A stretch of DNA of 58,930 bases from Candidatus Rokuibacteriota bacterium (GTDB lineage Bacteria; Methylomirabilota; Methylomirabilia; Rokubacteriales; DASRDR01). The translations under genes and the position numbers were made by a program. Positions 51,274 through 58,930 of this stretch are shown in pieces; within the stretch, counting starts at the first letter, position 1, and each line of letters starts with the position of its first letter. The notes under the pieces are model-generated. The model did no database searches. It was not told where the DNA came from and was given only the letters and a program-made list of their open reading frames with translations. The stretch covers positions 1-58,930 of the forward strand of contig JBIOTN010000156.1 in the NCBI GenBank assembly GCA_044866005.1, in the 5' to 3' direction.

Positions 51274-52149
51274 ATGACGACGAGGCGGATCCGGCAGTCC
51301 CTCACGATCCTGGGAACGCTGCTGATCGGGCTCGCGGTGCCGGGGACCCCGGCGCTCGCCGCGCCCGGTCGCAGCGCGCAACGTGCCCCACTCTACTACG
51401 TGGCGCTCGGCACCTCGCTCTCGGTGGGCTTCCAGCCGGATGCGAGCGGCCAGGGCCAGCGGACGGACGAAGGCTATCCCGACCAGCTCTACGGGAGCCT
51501 GCTCGCCACGGCGCCCACCCTCCAGCTCGTCAAGCTCGGCTGCCCTGCCGAGACCAGCGTCACCATGATCGCCGGCGGGATCTGCGCTTACGCCCACGGC
51601 GCCCAGCTCGACGAAGCGGTGGCCTTCCTCCATGCCCACCGCCGCTTCCTGGCGCTCGTCACGATCGACATCGGCGCCAACGACATCGAGGTCTGCGGGA
51701 GCTTGACCGGTATCGACCAAGCCTGCGTCGCGCGCGCGTTCGCGGACGTGGCGCAGAACCTCCCGCGGATCCTCGGCGCCCTGCGTGCCGCGGCGGGCCC
51801 CGACGTGCCGATCGTCGCCATGAACTACTACAACCCCTTCGTGGCGGCGTGGCTCACGGGGCCGGCGGGCCAGCAGCTCGCCACCGAGTCCGCTGTCGGG
51901 CTGGCGCTCTTCAACGCGCTCCTGGCGGGCCTCTACGGCTTCGCCTCCGTCCCTGTGGCCGACGTCGCGGGTGCCTTCCACTCCGCCGACTTCTCGCCCG
52001 ACCCGGACTTCCCCGCGCTGCCGCGGAACGTCGTCACGGTCTGCGCGTGGACCTGGATGTGCGTGGCGCCGCCGGTCGGTCCCAACATCCACGCGAACGC
52101 GGCCGGCTACGAGGCGATCGCTGGCGCGTTCCTCGCGGTCCTGCCGTAG
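51274..52149 (+). CDS. Secreted SGNH/GDSL-family hydrolase
   Basis: Signal peptide, YVALGTSLS (block I), IGAND (block III) and NIHAN (block V). Confidence 0.88.
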   Translation: MTTRRIRQSLTILGTLLIGLAVPGTPALAAPGRSAQRAPLYYVALGTSLSVGFQPDASGQGQRTDEGYPDQLYGSLLATAPTLQLVKLGCPAETSVTMIAGGICAYAHGAQLDEAVAFLHAHRRFLALVTIDIGANDIEVCGSLTGIDQACVARAFADVAQNLPRILGALRAAAGPDVPIVAMNYYNPFVAAWLTGPAGQQLATESAVGLALFNALLAGLYGFASVPVADVAGAFHSADFSPDPDFPALPRNVVTVCAWTWMCVAPPVGPNIHANAAGYEAIAGAFLAVLP

Positions 52150-52283
52150 CCGAGGAGGAGGGGCCGTCGAGGTCCCCGCCGAGGAACGAGGAGCGTGTCG
52201 GACCGAATCGACCGTTGAGACACGTCGTCGGGCCGCCGGGGGAGCTGCCGAGCGGCGGCTTCGCCGCCGGACCGGCGGGGGGG

Positions 52284-52311
52284 CCTCGGGGGGGTCTTCC
52301 GAGACCTCCCC
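52284..52311. repeat. REP-like hairpin (family A) between convergent genes
   Basis: CCTCGGGGGGGTCTTCCGAGACCTCCCC, nearly identical to 14287-14313. Confidence 0.7.
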
Positions 52312-52318
52312 AGAAGAG

Positions 52319-53128
52319 CTAGTCGAGGACGAGGCCGGCGTAGCCGACGACGCGGGCGCGGTCGCCGGAGACGTCGGCGGAGGTCTGGTAGCGGACGAGC
52401 CGGGCGGTGCCGACCCCGAGGGCCGGCGCCGCCCAGAGAAGAGCCTGGCTCGGCGCGATCCCGCACATCGAGATCTGGTGGGTCTGGACGACCCGCCAGA
52501 GGCCGTCGGGGTCGAGCGCCTGGATCGCCTCGATGGCGAGGCGGTCCTTGCGCTCCGAGACCGCCTGGGACTCGTAGTGGTTGAGGTCCGTCGAGTCCAC
52601 CAGGAGGACGGGCTCCGGCCAGGCGGCGACGATGCGGCCGACCGCTTCGCCGACGGCGCGGCAGAAGGCAGGGTCGGTGCGACCGAGCGTGATCGGCACG
52701 ACCGCGAGCGCCGGCTGCCGGCGGTGGAGGAAGGGGAGCTGGACCTCGAGCGCGTGCTCGCGGAGGTGCGCCTGCCGGTCGTCGCGGAGCTCCGGGGTGG
52801 CCTCGAGGAGCGCCGTCGCGAGGTCGCCCGCGATCGGGACGACGCCGCCGGGCACGCGCCACGCGCCCTCCCGCATGAGCGCGCCGGGTACGCCGAGCCC
52901 GGTGTGGTTCGGCCCGAGCAGCACCGCGAGCCGGGGGACGGCGACCTGCGCGTACGTCGCGCCCGCGACGGCGCCCGAGTACATCCACCCGGCGTGGGGG
53001 ACGACCACCGCGCGCGCCGGTCGGGCGGGCGCCGCGGGCATGAGCCGCGTCAGCTCGGCATCGAGCGCCTCGGGCCGCCCGGGATAGAAGCTACCCGCGA
53101 CCGCCGGCTCCCGCACCGTTCCCGCCAC
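52319..53128 (-). CDS. amrB: AmmeMemoRadiSam system protein B (MEMO1 family)
   Basis: REPAVAGSFYP, PHAGWMYSG, GPNH, EHALEVQLPFL, STDLNHY, SMCG and VVGYA motifs. Confidence 0.93.
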   Translation of the reverse strand: MAGTVREPAVAGSFYPGRPEALDAELTRLMPAAPARPARAVVVPHAGWMYSGAVAGATYAQVAVPRLAVLLGPNHTGLGVPGALMREGAWRVPGGVVPIAGDLATALLEATPELRDDRQAHLREHALEVQLPFLHRRQPALAVVPITLGRTDPAFCRAVGEAVGRIVAAWPEPVLLVDSTDLNHYESQAVSERKDRLAIEAIQALDPDGLWRVVQTHQISMCGIAPSQALLWAAPALGVGTARLVRYQTSADVSGDRARVVGYAGLVLD

Positions 53129-53211
53129 GCGATAGGCCTTTCTCGCCGGGCCGAGCGTCGCATCCCGGCATCCTCGGTCGCCGGCGCGCCTGAGATTAGG
53201 AGTTGGCCCCG

Positions 53212-53302
53212 GGGGGAGGCAGGCCCGATGCGTTCGCCGAAGGGCGAACGCCGCGGCTTCGCCGCGAGGGCCGTCGGAGGGGGGCAAAGCCCCCCGCCGA
53301 GA
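53212..53302 (-). repeat. Composite multi-hairpin repeat (family C with insert)
   Basis: TCTCGGCGGGGGGCTTTGCCCCCCTCCGA...TGCCTCCCCC matches 58873-58913 and contains two extra hairpins. Confidence 0.65.
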
Positions 53303-53329
53303 GGTAAGGGCGACGGTTATCGGCCCTGC

Positions 53330-54304
53330 CTAATCGCGGAAGTGGCAGGACACCCAGTGGCCGGCCACCCCCTCCTTCAGCGGGGGCTCCTTGTCGGCAC
53401 AGATCGGGAACTGTCGGATGGGGCAGCGGGTGTGGAACCGGCAGCCGGACGGCGGGCGGATCGGGCTCGGGACGTCGCCCTCGAGCAGGATCCGCTGCCG
53501 CTTCACCGTGGGGTCCGGGATGGGCACCGCGGAGAGGAGCGCCTCGGTGTAGGGGTGGCGGGGGTTCGTGTAGAGCTCCTTGGCCGGCGCGATCTCCACG
53601 ATCTTGCCGAGGTACATCACGGCGACGCGGGTCGAGATGTGCTCGACCACCGACAGGTCGTGGGCGATGAAGAGGTAGGTCAGATTGAACTGCTTCTGGA
53701 GGTCCTCCAGGAGGTTGATCACCTGGGCCTGGATCGAGACGTCCAGCGCGGAGACGGGCTCGTCGGCCACGATGAGCTTCGGCGACACCGCGAGGGCCCG
53801 CGCGATGCCGATCCGCTGGCGCTGGCCTCCCGAGAACTCGTGCGGGTAGCGCCGCATGTGGTCCGGGTGGAGCCCCACGGTCTCGAGGAGGTGGGCGACC
53901 TTCTGCTCGCGCTCGGCCTTGTTCTTGGCGAGCTTGTGGATGATGAGCGCCTCGCCCACGATCGAGCCGACGGTCATCCGGGGGTTCAGCGACGCGTAGG
54001 GATCCTGGAAGATGATCTGCATGTCGCGCCGGATGGCGCGGAGCGAGCGCTTGTCGAGCGTGGTGACGTTCTTCCCCTCGAACCACACCTCGCCCGAGGT
54101 CGGCTCGATGAGCCGCAGGATGCACCGGCCCGTCGTGGACTTGCCGCAGCCCGACTCGCCGACGAGCCCGAGCGTCTCGCCGCGGTTGATCTCCAGGTTG
54201 ATCCCGTCCACCGCGTGGACGCGCGCGACCTCGCGGGAGAAGAGCCCGCCCTTGATCGGGAAGTACTTGACCAGATTCTTCACCCTCAGAAGCGGTTCCG
54301 CCAT
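53330..54304 (-). CDS. oppF: Oligopeptide/dipeptide ABC transporter ATP-binding subunit (OppF/DppF type)
   Basis: [37 protein letters not shown] and C-terminal GCRFHTRC. Confidence 0.9.
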   Translation of the reverse strand: MAEPLLRVKNLVKYFPIKGGLFSREVARVHAVDGINLEINRGETLGLVGESGCGKSTTGRCILRLIEPTSGEVWFEGKNVTTLDKRSLRAIRRDMQIIFQDPYASLNPRMTVGSIVGEALIIHKLAKNKAEREQKVAHLLETVGLHPDHMRRYPHEFSGGQRQRIGIARALAVSPKLIVADEPVSALDVSIQAQVINLLEDLQKQFNLTYLFIAHDLSVVEHISTRVAVMYLGKIVEIAPAKELYTNPRHPYTEALLSAVPIPDPTVKRQRILLEGDVPSPIRPPSGCRFHTRCPIRQFPICADKEPPLKEGVAGHWVSCHFRD

Positions 54305-54413
54305 TGAACCTATCCTTTATCGGGTGCCACGCCGGACCGAGACGCGCGCAGCCGGCTTGACGGGCGCCACCCGCGGCGGCGGATGGGGAGCCGCCCGAGG
54401 CGTATGGGCACGG

Positions 54414-55388
<975 letters not shown>

Positions 55389-55397
55389 GCGGCTCTC

Positions 55398-56435
55398 CTA
55401 CCAGCCCCCGGCGATCTCGCGGATGGCGGCGATGGCGCGGTCCACGTCCTCGGCGTCCACGTCCTTGTGGGTCACGCAGCGAACGGCCGCGGGGCCGATG
55501 GCGTGGATCTTGACCTTGCGGGCCCTGCACCCCTCGACGAGCTCGGCCGCGCCGCCCGGCCGGTCCACGTGGAAGATGACGATGTTCGTCTGGACGCGTG
55601 AGGGATCCAGCCGCAGCGCTCGGAGCCCGGTCAGCCCGTCGGCCAGCCGGCGCGCGTTCGCGTGATCCTCGGCCAGCCGCGGGACCATCGTGTCGAGCGC
55701 CACCAAGCCCGCCGCCGCGAGGACCCCGACCTGGCGCATCCCGCCCCCCAGCAGCTTTCGCATCCGCCGCGCCCGCGCGATGAACTCCCGAGGGCCGACG
55801 ATCAGCGAGCCGGCCGGGGCGCCCAGGCCCTTGGAGAGGCAGAACTGCACGGTGTCCACCGCGGCGCCGTACTCGCGGGCCTCGCGGCGGAGCGCGACGC
55901 AGGCGTTGAAGATCCGCGCGCCGTCCAGGTGGACGGGCACCCCGTGCTCGCGGCCCACCGCGGCCACCGCGGCGATCTCGGCCGGCGTGAAGGCGGCGCC
56001 GCTGTGCCGGTTGTGCGTGTTCTCCAGGCAGATGAGCCCGGTGACCGGAATGTGGATGTTCTTCGGGCGGATGGCGGCGCGGACCTGCCCGGGGGCCGGC
56101 AGGCCCCGCTCCGTCTGGAGGCCTCGCGTCTGGCAGAGCGAGAGCCGGGCGATACCCGCCACCTCGAAGTTCATGACGTGAGCGTCGGCGTCCGCGATGA
56201 CCTCCTGACCGGGCTCCGTGTGCGTGAGCACCGCCACCTGGTTCCCCATCGTGCCGGAGGCGACGAAGAGGCCGGCCTCCTTGCCGAACCGCTCGGCGGC
56301 GCGGGCCTCGAGGCGCTGGACGGTGGGGTCTTCCTCCCAGACGTCGTCCCCGACCTCCGCGGCGGCCATGGCGGCGCGCATCTCGGGGGTGGGAACGGTC
56401 ACGGTGTCGGATCGGAGGTCCACGACGTCATGCAT
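55398..56435 (-). CDS. ltaE: Low-specificity L-threonine aldolase
   Basis: [38 protein letters not shown] and GGGMRQ motifs. Confidence 0.95.
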   Translation of the reverse strand: MHDVVDLRSDTVTVPTPEMRAAMAAAEVGDDVWEEDPTVQRLEARAAERFGKEAGLFVASGTMGNQVAVLTHTEPGQEVIADADAHVMNFEVAGIARLSLCQTRGLQTERGLPAPGQVRAAIRPKNIHIPVTGLICLENTHNRHSGAAFTPAEIAAVAAVGREHGVPVHLDGARIFNACVALRREAREYGAAVDTVQFCLSKGLGAPAGSLIVGPREFIARARRMRKLLGGGMRQVGVLAAAGLVALDTMVPRLAEDHANARRLADGLTGLRALRLDPSRVQTNIVIFHVDRPGGAAELVEGCRARKVKIHAIGPAAVRCVTHKDVDAEDVDRAIAAIREIAGGW

Positions 56436-57210
56436 GCCGCACGGCTCCCACGGGCGCGGGGGCGGGGTGGAGCTCGGACTGCCGCGCGCGGACGCGCCGC
56501 GACCACTCGCTCGCCGGATACTCGTCGACGAGCTGGCGCAGGACGCTCGCCGCCTCGTCCCGCCGCCCGAGGCGGGTGAGGGCGTCGGCCTTCTGGAAGA
56601 GGGCTTGCGGCACGACCGCCGTGCGCGCGTAGTCCTTGAGGATGACGTCGTAGCGCTGGATGGCGGCGGCCAGGTTGCCCTGGCGGACGTAGTAGTCCGC
56701 GATCCAGAGCTCCTTCTGCGCCAGCCGCAGCCGGCACGCCTCGATCTTGGCGATGGCGTCCGGGGCGTAACGGCTTTCCGGGTACTGCTTGATGACCTTC
56801 TGGAACTCCGCGAGGGCCCGGGCGGTCCCGCCCTGGTCCCGCTCGAGCTCCGGCATGCTGTCGAAGTGGCTCCGAGCCAGCCGGTACTGGGCCAGGTCCG
56901 CGATGGCGTGGCCGGGATAGAGCGCCATGAAGGCTTCGAACTCCCGGATCGCCTTGGGATACTCCCTGTCGCGGTAATAGCTCTCGCCGATGAGGAAGCG
57001 GGCCGTGGGGACCAGCGGCGAGTCCGGGTGGCGCTCCGCGAGCTGTCCGAGCGCGTCGCGCGCCGCCTCGTACCGCCCTCGCTCCAGCGCGCGCTCCCCC
57101 TCCTCGTAGAGCTTCGCCGCCGGCGGCACGGTATCCGGCCGGCTCCGGAAGAGCGAGCACCCGATGAGGAGAGGCAGGACGGCGAGGGCGAGGACGCCCA
57201 GCCGGGTCAT
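56428..57210 (-). CDS. bamD: Outer membrane protein assembly factor BamD
   Basis: Lipobox LIGC, TPRs, [11 protein letters not shown] and [12 protein letters not shown] motifs. Confidence 0.9.
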   Translation of the reverse strand: MTRLGVLALAVLPLLIGCSLFRSRPDTVPPAAKLYEEGERALERGRYEAARDALGQLAERHPDSPLVPTARFLIGESYYRDREYPKAIREFEAFMALYPGHAIADLAQYRLARSHFDSMPELERDQGGTARALAEFQKVIKQYPESRYAPDAIAKIEACRLRLAQKELWIADYYVRQGNLAAAIQRYDVILKDYARTAVVPQALFQKADALTRLGRRDEAASVLRQLVDEYPASEWSRRVRARQSELHPAPAPVGAVRHA

Positions 57211-57266
57211 GCGTTGCCCCGAACCGGTGTGGGTGACCACGAGCCTCCAGGCACGGTGAGTGCGCT

Positions 57267-57320
57267 ATCTTAGGGGCACGGCGCCGCCGGAGTCAAGGTC
57301 GAAAGTGCGATTTTTTCGAC
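57267..57320 (-). promoter_or_regulatory. Sigma70-like promoter of the bamD operon with upstream inverted repeat
   Basis: TTGACT(57296-57291)-N18-TAAGAT(57272-57267). IR GTCGAAA-N9-TTTCGAC at 57298-57320. Confidence 0.6.
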
Positions 57321-57456
57321 CTCGGGCGCGGTCGGCGCGCGGCCGGACCGCCGGCGGCCCTATTGCGGCTCGCCGGCCGTTTGGAGTATAGAACACGAGA
57401 GGTCCCCCGCACCGGCAAGACCGCACCCCTCTCTCGAGCCTACAGGAGGTCGGACG

Positions 57457-58869
57457 ATGGGTCAGACCCGCCGGGAGTTTCTCAGGACGACAGCCGCCGC
57501 GGCGACCGGCGCGCTCGCCGGGCCGCTTGCCTTCCCGATGGTGTCGCGAGCCCAGGCCCGAACGGTCGTGGTCTGGTGGAACCGCGGCTACTACAAGGAA
57601 GAAGACGAGGCGATGATCACGATCGCCCGTGACTTCGAGAAGGCCAAGAACGTCAAGGTGGACATCTCGTTCACCATCCAGGAAGACCTCCTGCGGAAGA
57701 TCCAGGCGGCCATCACGGCCCGGCGGGTGCCCGACGTGGCCTTCTGCTTCTACAACGACTGGGAGGTCGTCCCGAACTACGCGTGGCAGGACAGGCTCGC
57801 CGAGACCACCGACGTCATCACCGAGCTCAAGCCCCGCTACAACGAGAAGTTCCTCCAGGTGGCCTACGTCTACAACAACGTGGCCAAGAAGCGGGCCTAC
57901 TACGGGGTGCCCATCGAAGCCCAGATCATGCACATCCACTACTGGCGCGACCTCCTCAAGGAGGTCGGGATGGCCGACGATCCCGAGAAGATCCCGCTCA
58001 AGTGGGACGAGTACTGGGACTACTGGAAGAAGGCGCAGGACGCGCTCCGGAAGAAGGACCCGGCCAAGTACGGCAAGGTCTACGGCGTCGGGATGACCGA
58101 GTCCTCGCGCGGCTCCGACACGATCTACAACTTCGAGATGGCGCTCCTCTCGTTCGGCGGCCAGCTCCTGGACGCCGACGGCAAGGTGGTCGCCGACCAG
58201 CCGAAGAACCGCGAGGCGATCGTCAAGACGGTCGCCTGGTTCGCCGAGCTCTACAACTCCGGCTACGTCCCCCCCGACGCCATCAACTGGTCGGACGGCG
58301 ACAACAACGCGAACTTCCACTCGAAGTCGATCGTCATGACGCCGAACCCGTCGCTCTCCATCCCCGCCCACCACTTCTTCAACGCGCCGGAGAACTACTT
58401 CCACCGGATGGCGACGGTCGAGTGGCCCGACAACCCGGGGGGCGGCAAGGCCAGCTACATGGTGGCGGTGAAGACGATCATCGTCCCCAAGGACGCCAAG
58501 AACGCGGACGCGGGGAAGGACTTCATCAAGTTCGTCCTCGAGCCGAACCGCTTCGCGGAGTACATCAAGGGGGCGAATGGCCGCTGGTTCCCCGCCTTCA
58601 CCGATGTCGCCAGGGACCCCTTCTTCGCCAAAGGGCAAGCCGGCAAGGGCGGGCCGGTGGACTACCACATCCCCCTGGCCACGAAGCTCTACCTCGAGCG
58701 GAACGTCAAGGTCTTCGACCACTGGAAGAGCCCGGCGAACTCGCAGGTCTACGCCGAGAACGTCTGGGGCAAGGCGATGGCCCGGACGAACGTGGACAAG
58801 TGGCCTGCCGACAAGGCCGCGGACGAGGCCATCGGACGGATCAAGACGATCTTCACGCAGTGGCGGTGA
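57457..58869 (+). CDS. Tat-exported ABC transporter substrate-binding protein (carbohydrate SBP_bac_1 type)
   Basis: TRREFL twin-arginine signal, RBS AGGAGG and YYGVP...WRDLL motif. Confidence 0.88.
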   Translation: MGQTRREFLRTTAAAATGALAGPLAFPMVSRAQARTVVVWWNRGYYKEEDEAMITIARDFEKAKNVKVDISFTIQEDLLRKIQAAITARRVPDVAFCFYNDWEVVPNYAWQDRLAETTDVITELKPRYNEKFLQVAYVYNNVAKKRAYYGVPIEAQIMHIHYWRDLLKEVGMADDPEKIPLKWDEYWDYWKKAQDALRKKDPAKYGKVYGVGMTESSRGSDTIYNFEMALLSFGGQLLDADGKVVADQPKNREAIVKTVAWFAELYNSGYVPPDAINWSDGDNNANFHSKSIVMTPNPSLSIPAHHFFNAPENYFHRMATVEWPDNPGGGKASYMVAVKTIIVPKDAKNADAGKDFIKFVLEPNRFAEYIKGANGRWFPAFTDVARDPFFAKGQAGKGGPVDYHIPLATKLYLERNVKVFDHWKSPANSQVYAENVWGKAMARTNVDKWPADKAADEAIGRIKTIFTQWR

Positions 58870-58872
58870 TCT

Positions 58873-58930
58873 TCTCGGAGGGGGCCTCGGCGGCCCCCTC
58901 CGATGCCTCCCCCAGGAGAAGTTGCGCCGG
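58873..58930 (+). repeat. REP-like hairpin repeat (family C), running off the window end
   Basis: TCGGAGGGGGCC-TCGGC-GGCCCCCTCCGA perfect 12-bp stem followed by TGCCTCCCCC. Confidence 0.7.

Overview
Very GC-rich bacterial chromosomal segment with about 45 CDS. Gene content and repeat style suggest Candidatus Rokubacteria/Methylomirabilota (inference only). No rRNA, tRNA, CRISPR or transposase was seen. The housekeeping backbone comprises yraN-like/recA/recX, tldD-pmbA, alaS, rlmI, a divergent polyamine cluster (pdaD-speB-methyltransferase and speD-speE-maf), rarA-ddl-murG-LOG, alaC-hom-thrC and ask, and bamD-ltaE-oppD/F-amrB. The most notable system is two paralogous ~1360-aa proteins built as sigma54-activator AAA+, Fis-HTH, degenerate class III cyclase, STAND-like P-loop NTPase and TPR. 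Each is divergent from a near-identical sigma54 promoter (TGGCACTCCSGTTGC) with a shared candidate enhancer motif, and module 1 also has a consensus IHF site. One promoter precedes an uncharacterised helical protein and the other a six-gene lipid/envelope operon. Other hidden features are a frameshifted XRE-HTH plus EVE-like fusion gene between thrC and ask, a tandem beta-barrel gene duplication that carries a fossil of the neighbouring gene's 3' end, three back-to-back palindromes in the speD leader, modular REP-like hairpin repeats, probable leaderless transcripts and a possibly chimeric recA.
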